A stretch of DNA of 55,132 nucleotides from an uncultured Clostridium sp. (GTDB lineage Bacteria; Bacillota_I; Bacilli_A; RF39; UBA660), in the NCBI GenBank assembly GCA_964649245.1, contig CAZYOS010000002.1, positions 1 to 55,132 on the forward strand, read 5' to 3'. The notes under the pieces are model-generated. The model had not been told where the DNA came from and did not search any database. It saw only the letters and a program-made list of their open reading frames with translations. Each line of letters begins with the position of its first letter. The stretch's first letter is position 1. This document shows positions 41,671 to 51,400 of the stretch, in pieces. A program made the translations under genes and the position numbers.

Positions 41671-41760
41671 TCCTCCGTGTATAATTATTATAACATACTA
41701 TATTTAATTTTATTCATATATTATTTCATTATACAAAAAAAGAATAATAATGTTTATTCT

Positions 41761-42312
41761 TTATTCCATAATTTGTAGAGCTATTACTATACCAACAAAT
41801 GTAGTTACAACAAAAGTCAATAACAGTAGTTCTAATATACCAATATATCCTTGTGTCTTACTTATTACTTTTTCAGATTTATATCCATTAAACTTAACAG
41901 CAGGTATTTGTTTAATATTATAATCAATTTCTTTTACAAAAGAGGAATCAATTCCACTAATGGTTAATACATTACCATCGTTTGAATAAGATTCAAATTT
42001 AAATTTTGATGTGCTTTTAGGCATTGGGCTATAAACTGTATCTAACATAGGATTTCTTTTAGCATACCCCACAATAGCTGGTATTAATAAATTCTTTTTA
42101 AAGTACTCATCATACTCAAATTTAGATGTTAACATTACAGTTTGATTACCATCTTCAATCCAAATTAGTTTATGGCTACATTTCTTACCCTTTATTTTAA
42201 AATAAGAGTGAATACAAATATCATTAGAAGTGTCTTTTTTATATATGCTTCTAATTTGTGATAAATATTCTTTATACGAATCAATTCTATTATCGCTATC
42301 GATTTCACTCAT
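41761..42312 (-). CDS. Hypothetical protein with C-terminal TM anchor
   Basis: The start is re-set to the ATG at 42312 (RBS AAGGAG). The C-terminal TM helix is GILELLLLTFVVTTFVGIVIAL. No family recognised. Confidence 0.5.
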   Translation of the reverse strand: MSEIDSDNRIDSYKEYLSQIRSIYKKDTSNDICIHSYFKIKGKKCSHKLIWIEDGNQTVMLTSKFEYDEYFKKNLLIPAIVGYAKRNPMLDTVYSPMPKSTSKFKFESYSNDGNVLTISGIDSSFVKEIDYNIKQIPAVKFNGYKSEKVISKTQGYIGILELLLLTFVVTTFVGIVIALQIME

Positions 42313-42396
42313 ATTAAAACTCCTTATTCTATATCTAAATAATATCACTTTATTACGAAAAACGCAAACTAATTAACAAATAATTATATTATTATG

Positions 42397-42873
42397 TTAC
42401 TTTAAGTTATAGAGACTTTTTTCATAATTATCAACATAATATTTAATATTTTTTGTTCCTTTTTTAATTATTTTGTGTCCTTCTTCTTCAAGTTTTTTCT
42501 TTTGATTAGACACTCCACCAGGATACTTTGGGTTTAATTCTCCATTTGATTTTAATATTCTCCAATATGGAGTGATATTTTCAGTTCTTTGGAAACTTGC
42601 CCATGCACAAATATTTATAAATATACCGGCTGTTAAAGGACAAGTAATATCAGCATTGTTTTTACAAGCAATATATTTTCTAATTTCATTTATGGTAATT
42701 ATTTTTCCTGAAGGTACTTGTTTCATAACTTTATCATAAAATAATGGTGGTGCTATAATCATTTTTTCTCCACCCCATTTTTTAATAGCATCTCCTTTGA
42801 GAAATACTATTTTCGGCATATCTTTACTATTATGCATCATTAAATTAAAATCTTTACTATTCTCTTTTGACAT
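42397..42873 (-). CDS. MGMT-family DNA-binding-domain protein without active-site Cys (Atl/COG3695-like)
   Basis: The sequence GKIITINEIRKYIA...PLTAGIFINICAW...ITPYWRILKSNGELN carries PYWRI in place of the canonical PCHRV. Confidence 0.5.
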   Translation of the reverse strand: MSKENSKDFNLMMHNSKDMPKIVFLKGDAIKKWGGEKMIIAPPLFYDKVMKQVPSGKIITINEIRKYIACKNNADITCPLTAGIFINICAWASFQRTENITPYWRILKSNGELNPKYPGGVSNQKKKLEEEGHKIIKKGTKNIKYYVDNYEKSLYNLK

Positions 42874-42944
42874 ATTTACTCAATCACTTTCTCTAATAGA
42901 AGTTTTTTACTAAAACCACCATTTTTATTTCTTTTTTTATCAGC

Positions 42945-43201
42945 TTAATCAATAATATCTTGTAAACTATAACCATTATATTTCGCCATTGATATAATTA
43001 ATTCTAATTTATCAGACAATTCTTTTTTCGCTCTTCACTAGACTGAGCATGTTTTACTTCTTCTAATTCTTCACTATCCTTTTTTAATAAATATTCTAAA
43101 TATTTTTCTTCTGATAACGTTCTTACGAAAGGAGTAGCACCATTATTTTTAATAATAGTAGGTATCTCATCTCTTATGAGTTTATCATATATAGTTTCCA
43201 T
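42945..43201 (-). pseudogene. MazG/PRA-PH-like NTP pyrophosphohydrolase, frameshifted at an A6 run
   Basis: The ORF METIYDKLIRDEIPTIIKNNG...SSEERKK stops at 43004. Adding one A to the A6 run (plus-strand T6 at 43023-43028) continues it as ELSDKLELIISMAKYNGYSLQDIID* and ends it at 42945. Confidence 0.55.
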
Positions 43202-43270
43202 GTTATTGTTATCTTTTCAATTATTATTATAACAAAAAAAGATGATTGAGAAAACATCTTTAATTACTAA

Positions 43271-43344
43271 TGGCAGGGGTAGAAGGAATTGAACCCTCAT
43301 AAACGGTTTTGGAGACCGGCATTCTACCATTAAACTATACCCCT
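43271..43344 (-). tRNA. trnW: tRNA-Trp (anticodon CCA), CCA end encoded
   Basis: The minus-strand 74-mer is AGGGGTATAGTTTAATGGTAGAATGCCGGTCTCCAAAACCGTTTATGAGGGTTCAATTCCTTCTACCCCTGCCA. It has a 7-bp acceptor stem, the anticodon loop CUCCAAA and a T-loop TTCAATT. It is closely similar to the Bacillus tRNA-Trp layout. Confidence 0.9.
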
Positions 43345-43394
43345 ATGCACAACATCTATGGAGTATTTTACCATAAACACACAAATAATTCAAC

Positions 43395-43943
43395 TTACTT
43401 TTTGCTAATTTCCTTAATACCACTAAAAAACTTACTAATAATGAACACTATTCCAAGTAAAATTATAAATATTGTTCCAGATATTTTTAAAGATTTTATT
43501 AATATTTTAGAATACTCTTTTCTTAATATACTAATTCCAGAAGCATTAAAAAAATCAGTTTCACTCAACAAATACTTTTTTTTATCATTATTATATTTAT
43601 ATGTAAAATAAATATATTTATTTTGAAAATTCCATTCAGAATTATATACTTTTCCTGTTCCTTTCATTAATACAGCAATCTTATATTCAGTATCACTTAT
43701 TTCAATAAAACTAATATTTTCATCATACGTAAGAGTTCCTTTCCCAATATTATTTCTAATATTAGAATAAAGTTCACTACTATTTAGATCTATATATTTA
43801 TATATTTCTCGATTATTATTATTGTAACAATCAATAAATTGTGAAAATAAAAATTTAATGTCTTCTTCTACAGTGGCACACAAGAATACATTAAAATTCA
43901 AAAAAATAATCAATAAAAATATAACCTTTTTTATTCTTTTCAT
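43395..43943 (-). CDS. Hypothetical secreted/membrane protein (signal peptide plus C-terminal TM)
   Basis: The N-terminus is MKRIKKVIFLLIIFLNFNVFLCA and the C-terminal hydrophobic helix is GTIFIILLGIVFII. No family recognised. Confidence 0.5.
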   Translation of the reverse strand: MKRIKKVIFLLIIFLNFNVFLCATVEEDIKFLFSQFIDCYNNNNREIYKYIDLNSSELYSNIRNNIGKGTLTYDENISFIEISDTEYKIAVLMKGTGKVYNSEWNFQNKYIYFTYKYNNDKKKYLLSETDFFNASGISILRKEYSKILIKSLKISGTIFIILLGIVFIISKFFSGIKEISKK

Positions 43944-43998
43944 ATTATGATTATATCACTAATTATTAAAAAAACATATAATATTTTAGGAGAGTAAA

Positions 43999-44424
43999 AT
44001 GTTAATAAATTATACAACAAAAGAACTGGATTTATGCGCAAGACTTATGAGAGCCGAAGCATTATCAGATGGAGATTTAGCAATGTTAATGGTCGGTAAT
44101 GTAATTGTTAATAGAGCAATAGCAAACTGCATAGACTTTAAAAATATCAGAGCAATAACTGATGTCATTTATCAAAATCCAGGAGGATTTGTAGGTACTA
44201 ATAGTTCTCTATTCAATAGTGGTTCTTCGACTACAAAAGAAAAAGAACTTGCAAAAAGAGTATTAAAAGGAGAATATTATTATCCTGCTACTAACGCTCT
44301 ATGGTTCTATGCGCCTGGAAATAGTGAATGTAAAAGTACTTGGTTTAATCAAATAAATACAGGAAGATATAAATCTCATTGTTTCTATGCACCTGATCCC
44401 GGGGTATGTAATGAACTATATTAA
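43999..44424 (+). CDS. Cell-wall hydrolase, SleB/CwlJ family (Hydrolase_2 domain)
   Basis: RBS AGGAGAG. The sequence LCARLMRAEALSDGDLAMLMVGNVIVNRA...VIYQNPGGF...ALWFYAP is typical of spore cortex-lytic enzymes. Confidence 0.75.
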   Translation: MLINYTTKELDLCARLMRAEALSDGDLAMLMVGNVIVNRAIANCIDFKNIRAITDVIYQNPGGFVGTNSSLFNSGSSTTKEKELAKRVLKGEYYYPATNALWFYAPGNSECKSTWFNQINTGRYKSHCFYAPDPGVCNELY

Positions 44425-44428
44425 AATT

Positions 44429-44451
44429 AAAAATTGCATTAAGCAATTTTT
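44429..44451. terminator. Bidirectional AT-rich hairpin between convergent genes
   Basis: AAAAATTGC-ATTAA-GCAATTTTT forms a 9-bp stem. Confidence 0.5.
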
Positions 44452-45812
44452 TAATTAGTTGGAATTAATAAGGATTGTCCAATAGATAGATTACTATTTG
44501 TCAAATTGTTTATAGTCATAAGTTTATTTACACTTGTTCCATATGTATTAGCAATTTTCCAAAGAGAATCACCTTTTTTGACCATATAGCTGTTATAATT
44601 TGTTGATCCAGGTATTTTTAATACATCTCCTATAGTTAGTAAATCTGATGATAAATTATTAAGAGTTTTTATATCGTTAATTGTTACCCCATATTTATTT
44701 GCTATGTTATATAGATTATCGCCAAGTTGAACAACATAATTTATTTCACCGGTTGATGAATTTGGAATAATTAAGACTTCGCCAACAGATAAGTTATCAA
44801 TAGTTTTATTATTTGCAGTTTTTAAATCTAAAATATTCACACCATTTTTATTAGCAATACTATACAATATATCTCCAGACTTTACTACATATGTTTTTTG
44901 GCTATTTACACCCAAGTTATCTGTTTTAGGTATAAATAATTGCTGATTTATTGTTAGATTGCTATTAGTTAAATTGTTAATACTTGTTAATGTGTCAACT
45001 GTAGTATTATACTCATTAGCTATTTTCCATAAAGAATCTCCACTTTTGACTTTATATATTAAATAATCCTCTGGAATTATTTCATTCTCTGAACTTGCTA
45101 CTTTTATGGTATCTCCCACTTTTAACATATTACTTGATAAATCATTTAGTTTCTTTAATTCAGAAACAGTGATTCCATACTTATTTGCTATACTCCACAA
45201 TGTGTCTCCTTTTTTAACAGTATAGAAGTCTCCTCCTTCTGGGGCAATATATGATATACCTTTATAATCTAAAACTGATTTTATTACAGCTTCTGCATAT
45301 TTCTCATAATTATTTTTAATTTGTTCAACATCGTCTTTTGGGCTGTCAATAAAACCATACTCAACAATAACAGTTTCATTTTCAGGTGTATCCCTATGCA
45401 TGAAATAATAGTCTTTGCTTGGATTACTTGGTAATCTTTGCTGATAATATTTTCTTACATTTTGTCCTTCATTTTCTAGTGCGTCTAATATTTTTTTTGA
45501 TAATGTGCCATTGTTTCTAAGAGCATATATGACTTCAGCACCATCGCCACCCCCTGCATTCAAGTGATTGGAAATAACAACTACATCTTTACCACTACCA
45601 TAAAAATTTTGTACCTTATTTGTTCTTTCACTTGGAGATAAAGTAACATCAGTATCCCTTATTAAAGAAACAGGTACACCTAATTTTTTAAATCTATCAT
45701 ACATATACTTACTAATTAATAAGTTATAATCTTTTTCTTTTATATCATTTGCTACAGCTCCAGGATCATTTCCACCATGTCCAGGATCTATAACAATACC
45801 TTTTAAAGCCAT
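44451..45812 (-). CDS. N-acetylmuramoyl-L-alanine amidase (Amidase_3) with five C-terminal LysM domains
   Basis: The start is re-set to the ATG at 45812 (RBS AGGTGA; the ORF track used a GTG). Motifs present are IVIDPGHGGNDPGA and NAGGGDGAEV. There are five repeats of the type Y.VK.GD.LW.IA..Y....L...N.L....L..G..L.IP. Confidence 0.85.
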   Translation of the reverse strand: MALKGIVIDPGHGGNDPGAVANDIKEKDYNLLISKYMYDRFKKLGVPVSLIRDTDVTLSPSERTNKVQNFYGSGKDVVVISNHLNAGGGDGAEVIYALRNNGTLSKKILDALENEGQNVRKYYQQRLPSNPSKDYYFMHRDTPENETVIVEYGFIDSPKDDVEQIKNNYEKYAEAVIKSVLDYKGISYIAPEGGDFYTVKKGDTLWSIANKYGITVSELKKLNDLSSNMLKVGDTIKVASSENEIIPEDYLIYKVKSGDSLWKIANEYNTTVDTLTSINNLTNSNLTINQQLFIPKTDNLGVNSQKTYVVKSGDILYSIANKNGVNILDLKTANNKTIDNLSVGEVLIIPNSSTGEINYVVQLGDNLYNIANKYGVTINDIKTLNNLSSDLLTIGDVLKIPGSTNYNSYMVKKGDSLWKIANTYGTSVNKLMTINNLTNSNLSIGQSLLIPTN

Positions 45813-45894
45813 TTTCTTCACCTACATTATTGTATGAAAAAAAGTTATTATTGTGCCTAAGCATTATGCCAACTTATATTATTCACAAATAAAA

Positions 45895-45915
45895 ACGCAG
45901 AATTTTAATCCACGT
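45895..45915 (-). terminator. Possible terminator after the permease gene
   Basis: On the minus strand ACGUGGAUU-AAA-AUUCUGCGU (with G-U pairs and one mismatch) is followed by UUUUAUUU. Confidence 0.3.
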
Positions 45916-45927
45916 TATTTGACATAT

Positions 45928-47349
45928 CTATTCGGTTTCTAATTTTTTATTTTTATCACCTATACTTAATAGTAAATTTAATAAAATACCAAAAATTGCA
46001 GCACCCGCAACGCATGGAACATTTAACCCAAATAATGGTATATTTCCACCAAATACATATTGTCCACCTATTCCAATAACCATCATGGTAGCAATTACAG
46101 CTATATTTTTTGAATTAAACATATCTACTTTTTTATCAACCATTATAGCTAGTCCTTGTGTAGCAATAGCTCCAAATAAATATATTTCTAATCCACCTAT
46201 AACCGCAAGAGGTATTCCATATATCACTTTAATAAATGGTGTAAAGCATGATATTACCATTGCAATTATAGCCGCTGCAATAAGTACTGGAACCGAAAAC
46301 ACTTTAGTAATTGCCATAGTACTTATATTTTCCCCATAGTTTGTACCAGCGGGTCCCCCAATAAGTCCAGAAACCATATCACATAAACCATCACCTATTA
46401 AATTTTTTGATAATAACTTGCTAATTCCATAATTCTTTTTACTTTTTTTCTTTTTTGCTAAATCATTAACACAAATATCTAATTGATAGATATGTGCTGT
46501 CGACTCAGGAATAGTAGCAATCGCTATAGGCATAATTGCTATTATAGCAGCCCAAGACCACTTAGGCAAACTAAATGCAGGAATAGAGAATATTCCATTT
46601 GATGAAGTCCAAAGTGATGCATTGATAGCAGCCTCTGGAACACTTCTAAATAAATTAACATCACCAATTTTGCATATTAAGAAAGCTGTAAAGCACCCAG
46701 TTAATGCGCCTAACAATAAAGGTAACTGTCCAAGAAATCCTTTAAGATATTTTGAATATAATATTGTTGATAATAATGTTATTAAAGAAATTATCCATAC
46801 ATAATTACTACCTAATGCACCAGCAGTAGCACTAGGAGCAGCATCAGAAAGTGCATTTCCTGCTAAAGTTAATCCTATAATAATAGCGGTAGAACCCGTA
46901 ATAGTCGCAGGTAATACTTTTTCAACAGAATCCTTTCCAAAATATTTTACTAGAAGACCAGCGATAATAGATATAAGACCTGAAGCAATAATTCCACATT
47001 GAGCATAACTAATTAATTCAGTTGGTAATATACCAGATGCACTAAATTGAGCTAATTGATCAACTGTTCCTTCTGCAATGACCATACTTGAAATAGCAGT
47101 TAAATACGCAAAGCTAGATCCATAATATAAAGGTATCTTTTTCTTTGTAATAAGAATAAAACATATAGTTGCTAACCCACTTGCAAATATTGTCGTTGAT
47201 ATTTGAAATCCTGTAATCAATGCAACAGTTACAGTTGCAGGAAACATTACTATGACTTGTTGTAGTGCATATAATAATAATTTCCAAAACGTTGGTTTTT
47301 CATCAGGAAGGTAACCAATAACCTCTTCTTTTTCCTTTCTTTTTTTCAT
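45928..47349 (-). CDS. NCS2-family nucleobase (uracil/xanthine-type) permease
   Basis: RBS AAAGGAG. The protein has about 13-14 TM helices and is Gly/Ala/Ile-rich. The N-terminal pattern LLYALQQVIVMFPATVTVALITG is typical of uracil-xanthine permeases. Confidence 0.75.
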   Translation of the reverse strand: MKKRKEKEEVIGYLPDEKPTFWKLLLYALQQVIVMFPATVTVALITGFQISTTIFASGLATICFILITKKKIPLYYGSSFAYLTAISSMVIAEGTVDQLAQFSASGILPTELISYAQCGIIASGLISIIAGLLVKYFGKDSVEKVLPATITGSTAIIIGLTLAGNALSDAAPSATAGALGSNYVWIISLITLLSTILYSKYLKGFLGQLPLLLGALTGCFTAFLICKIGDVNLFRSVPEAAINASLWTSSNGIFSIPAFSLPKWSWAAIIAIMPIAIATIPESTAHIYQLDICVNDLAKKKKSKKNYGISKLLSKNLIGDGLCDMVSGLIGGPAGTNYGENISTMAITKVFSVPVLIAAAIIAMVISCFTPFIKVIYGIPLAVIGGLEIYLFGAIATQGLAIMVDKKVDMFNSKNIAVIATMMVIGIGGQYVFGGNIPLFGLNVPCVAGAAIFGILLNLLLSIGDKNKKLETE

Positions 47350-47366
47350 AAAACTCCTTTCTTTCT

Positions 47367-47396
47367 AAAAAAAACACCAAAGCCAACGCTTTGATG
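47367..47396 (-). terminator. Intrinsic terminator or attenuator hairpin 20 nt upstream of the permease RBS
   Basis: On the minus strand CAUCAAAGC-GUUG-GCUUUGGUG (9 bp including one G-U) is followed by U8. The mismatch makes it weaker on the plus strand. Confidence 0.55.
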
Positions 47397-47524
47397 TTTC
47401 TTTACAATAATAATAAAGATGAAAATAGTAAATCACATATATCACATAAATAATTATTTATAAATACATAATTCATATTTATCACCTAGTAAAGATTATC
47501 ATAAATATTTATTAAATGCAACAA

Positions 47525-48226
47525 TTATTTTAATAATTTAAGTTTAGTTTCAAAATCATTAAAAGTAACAACTTCTTCTCCAGATTCTTTTTCTATCTCA
47601 CTTATAATTTCAGAAAGTAATATTGAAGGTTTCATTTTTCCTTCATATGTACATAAATCTCTATATTTTCTTAATAATTCAGATTTAAATTCAACTCCTC
47701 TTAAAAATGTGCTGTCAAATGTATTACCAAGTTCCTTAATATTATCCTTATATGTTTCGTAAATATCATATGGTGTTGGATCATATAAATCTGTATCTAT
47801 AATAGATAATAATCCATTATCATAAATCAAATTTCCCATATTTATATCATTCATCAATAATCCTTGTTCAGATAATCTTTTAATTTCTTTTTCTAATCTA
47901 TCAGTAGCATTAATAAATAATTTAAAATTTTCTTTACCATTTATTTTATAAAGTACACTGCCACCTATATATTTCATAGTATATCCCCTAAAACATTCAG
48001 CGCTTTTCTTTCCAAGATATATTAGTTCTTTGGGGAATGCTACAAAATCACTTTTGAATCCAACTAAATATTCAAATATGCTATGTTGTTCTTCTGTAGT
48101 ACCTTCATCAAAACTTTTAAATACATCACCATCTTTTGTTCTATAACAAGTATTGTTTACGCCATCAACGTCTTTCATCATTCTGTTTTCATAATGATTT
48201 AGTTTTCCATTCGTTTCAAGTATCAT
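47525..48226 (-). CDS. Protein-kinase-like-fold protein (putative small-molecule or protein kinase)
   Basis: RBS AGGGGGG. The sequence LLMNDINMGNLIYDNGLLSIIDTDLYD resembles a kinase catalytic loop (D..N) plus a metal-binding IDxD. The assignment is tentative. Confidence 0.4.
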   Translation of the reverse strand: MILETNGKLNHYENRMMKDVDGVNNTCYRTKDGDVFKSFDEGTTEEQHSIFEYLVGFKSDFVAFPKELIYLGKKSAECFRGYTMKYIGGSVLYKINGKENFKLFINATDRLEKEIKRLSEQGLLMNDINMGNLIYDNGLLSIIDTDLYDPTPYDIYETYKDNIKELGNTFDSTFLRGVEFKSELLRKYRDLCTYEGKMKPSILLSEIISEIEKESGEEVVTFNDFETKLKLLK

Positions 48227-48340
48227 AACTTATCCCCCCTAAAATATTGTATAGATTATACCATATTTCATCTAATAAGTCAATTTTAAGGTTTATATAC
48301 CTAACAAACTAATTAAAAATAAAGAATAAATTCTCTATTT

Positions 48341-51300
48341 TTAATCGGTTTCAATCTCAAGCAATTCATTATCTAAAATTGAATATAGATATGTATATAC
48401 TTTTTTATTTATTTTTTTTGATACATATTCTTTATATATTTTTAATTGTTCTGTGTATTTTTTGTCATTAATATTTTTAAGCTTATAATCAATTATCTTT
48501 ATATAATCTGGGTATTCTAATAATAAATCAATAATTCCATGAAATTCTTTATTGTCAGTAACAGTTATAAACTCATGTTCTTTATATATTTTAGCAGTAC
48601 TTATATCTCCTATTTTAGATACTAAATTGTTAATAATATCTATTTTAGAGCCATAAAAATTATTTTCTTCTAATATTTTATGCACTTCAGCACCATATTC
48701 CAATTTTTTTAATTCATCAGTTGTTAATAACTTGTTAATTTCCTTAGATGCATGTTTTTGCTCTAACTCAGAATTCTCAATATGTATTTCTTTAACATTA
48801 ATTTTAAAGTCAGATTTTTCAATATTAATCATCTTATTTATATTGTTATATGATTTAGTTAAATTAATATCATCAATATTAAGTATTCTATTTTCAATAT
48901 TTGATTTTATCGATTCAATAATACTTAAAAACGAATTATATGAGGATTTTACATCATCATTTAATATAATCTCATCTTTTGACAAACTAGTTACTATTAT
49001 CATCTTCTCTTTGGCTCTAGTTAAAGATACATAAAATAATCTAATTCTTTCTGATATGTCTTCTTGATTATATTTAGTTTTATATAATTCTTTAACTATC
49101 GTATTGCCTATACCATCATCATAAAATGGTAAAATAAACCCTAAATCTTTATCAAAACTTATTTTATCATTTAAATCCATTCTATTGTATTTATTTGTAT
49201 AACCAGAGAAGTAACAAATAGGAAACTCTAGTCCTTTTGATTTATGTATATTCATTAATTTAACATTGTTAGGAACTTTAGCATTAAGTGAAAAAGATAT
49301 ATCACTATCATTTATAACCATATCATTTAAATAATCACTAAATTCAATTATAGAATATCCTAATTTTGACAATGAATCACCTAAATATTTTAAATAATCA
49401 ATTCTAACAATAAACTTCTCAATATCTCCTACTTTAATTACATTTTCATAAAAATCAAATTCATTTACTATTTCTACAATTAATTCACTATTAGAATATG
49501 AATTGATTTTTTCAGATATATTTTCACATTTTTTATATAATTCACTATTTTTAAAATCATTATTAATAAAATATTCAAGATAAGATTCATCATCAACATT
49601 ATATAAATAGCTTCTATATATAGAATAAAAATCATATTTAAATTTTTTATCGAATTCCTTATTATATATTTTAATAATTATATTAATTATATTCTTTATT
49701 ATTAATAAATCTTTTTCATTAGTAATCTTTTCATCATAATATATTACTAATGGTATTCCTAAATATTCAAATATTTTCTTATATAGTTCAAAGTTACCTT
49801 TTCTATCTATAAGAATACAAAAATCATCATAGCGAGCATTTCTCAATTTATTACTAATTTTATCGACAACTTGATAATTATTTTTTATTTTTTCTTTAAT
49901 ATCATTTGCTATAATAAATGCTTCGTACTCACTATTTTTATACTTTTTATTACTACGTTCATAATTATATATTTCAAGATTCATATTTTGTGATGTTTTA
50001 TTCTCAGTATATATATTATTACCAAAATTCATTTGATGAGATGTTTTATAATCAGCTCCTCCAAATGAATCAGTCATAACTAAATTAAATATATCATTTA
50101 TATCATCTAGAACTTCTCTTCTACTTCTAAAGTTATTTAATAAGTCTATTCTTAAACCACCAATATTATTTGAGTAATCATTATATTTATTTTTAAAAAT
50201 TGTTGGATTAGCATTCCTAAATCTATATATTGATTGTTTAATATCTCCAACCATATAAACATTATTATTACTTATAAGTGATATAAGCTCTTCTTGTATA
50301 TCAGAAGTATCTTGGTATTCGTCAAGCATTATTTCATTAAATGTATTTTTAAGTTCTTCTCTCACATCATCATGTTTTTTTACTAGTTCAATAGCCATCT
50401 TTGCTATATCATTAAATTCATACTCATCATTCTCATTTTTATAATTTTTTAACCTTTTATCAAGCTCTATTACAATATTAATAATTGCTTGAGCATAAGA
50501 TTTAGTAGATAAAAGAGTATCTTTAATATGATTTTCATCTTTATATATTAAAGATTTTTTTAATTCTTTAATTTTATCACTAATTAGCTTTTTAATATTT
50601 TTAAGTTCATCGCATGAATTTCTTGGTACAATTGGAAGTTTCACCTCTATAGTATTAACCACTTCATTGTAGCATTTTGCTTTTATTAATGAGCAAAGTG
50701 AAGCATATACTTTTTCATAATAATCATTATTACAATATGATGATAATTCAGTTAGTCTAATATTAATAAAACTAATTTTTTCTAACATATTATCTTCATA
50801 ACTTTTAATTAATTTATCTATATTGTTTTCACTATAATAAACATTAATATAATTATTTAAATATTCATTTTTATTTATTAATCTATCAAGTTTTTCATTA
50901 ATATCAATAATACCTTTTTTAACATTAGAATCATCTTTAACACAAAAATCATTTATTAATTTTATAAAATTATTCTCTTTGGTTTCATAATTTTCATCAA
51001 ATATAGTATCAATTATTTTCTTTCTAATCATATCACATATCGTTTTTTCAACTATACTTATTTTTGGAGAAACATTTAACAAATAATGGTATTTTCTAAC
51101 TATAGAAATAGAAAATGAATCAAAGGTTGTTATATAAGATGAATCTATATAATCGAGTTGACTCTTCAATATTGGATCTTTAGATATAGCCTTTCTAATT
51201 CTGTCTTTCATTTCTGTAGCGGCCGCATTTGTAAATGTTAATATTAATAGATTTTGAATATTTATTCCACTTTTTAATTTAGTAATTACTCTCTCTGTTA

Positions 51301-51400
51301 ATACAGCTGTTTTTCCACTACCAGCACCGGCACTAACTATTATATTTTGTCCACTTTCATTAATAGCTCTTTGCTGTTCAATTGTCCAGTTAGGCATCAT
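48341..51400 (-). CDS. addA: ATP-dependent helicase/nuclease subunit A (AddA/RexA, UvrD-like plus C-terminal PD-(D/E)xK)
   Basis: The start is re-set to the ATGATG at 51400/51397 (RBS AAGGTGA; the ORF track used a TTG). Motifs present are Walker A SAGAGSGKT, DEYQDTS and the C-terminal GIIDLLLEY...IIDYK nuclease motif. Confidence 0.85.
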   Translation of the reverse strand: MMPNWTIEQQRAINESGQNIIVSAGAGSGKTAVLTERVITKLKSGINIQNLLILTFTNAAATEMKDRIRKAISKDPILKSQLDYIDSSYITTFDSFSISIVRKYHYLLNVSPKISIVEKTICDMIRKKIIDTIFDENYETKENNFIKLINDFCVKDDSNVKKGIIDINEKLDRLINKNEYLNNYINVYYSENNIDKLIKSYEDNMLEKISFINIRLTELSSYCNNDYYEKVYASLCSLIKAKCYNEVVNTIEVKLPIVPRNSCDELKNIKKLISDKIKELKKSLIYKDENHIKDTLLSTKSYAQAIINIVIELDKRLKNYKNENDEYEFNDIAKMAIELVKKHDDVREELKNTFNEIMLDEYQDTSDIQEELISLISNNNVYMVGDIKQSIYRFRNANPTIFKNKYNDYSNNIGGLRIDLLNNFRSRREVLDDINDIFNLVMTDSFGGADYKTSHQMNFGNNIYTENKTSQNMNLEIYNYERSNKKYKNSEYEAFIIANDIKEKIKNNYQVVDKISNKLRNARYDDFCILIDRKGNFELYKKIFEYLGIPLVIYYDEKITNEKDLLIIKNIINIIIKIYNKEFDKKFKYDFYSIYRSYLYNVDDESYLEYFINNDFKNSELYKKCENISEKINSYSNSELIVEIVNEFDFYENVIKVGDIEKFIVRIDYLKYLGDSLSKLGYSIIEFSDYLNDMVINDSDISFSLNAKVPNNVKLMNIHKSKGLEFPICYFSGYTNKYNRMDLNDKISFDKDLGFILPFYDDGIGNTIVKELYKTKYNQEDISERIRLFYVSLTRAKEKMIIVTSLSKDEIILNDDVKSSYNSFLSIIESIKSNIENRILNIDDINLTKSYNNINKMINIEKSDFKINVKEIHIENSELEQKHASKEINKLLTTDELKKLEYGAEVHKILEENNFYGSKIDIINNLVSKIGDISTAKIYKEHEFITVTDNKEFHGIIDLLLEYPDYIKIIDYKLKNINDKKYTEQLKIYKEYVSKKINKKVYTYLYSILDNELLEIETD

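Noticed and set aside
43309-43611. 100-aa plus-strand ORF
   Set aside because: Its 5' end is the reverse complement of the tRNA-Trp gene, and the rest is antisense to the better-supported 182-aa gene.
47350-47524. Purine riboswitch or PyrR attenuator upstream of the NCS2 permease
   Set aside because: I could not find the conserved purine-riboswitch junction and loops or the PyrR ARUCCAGAGAGG loop in the leader. Only the terminator-like hairpin is supported.
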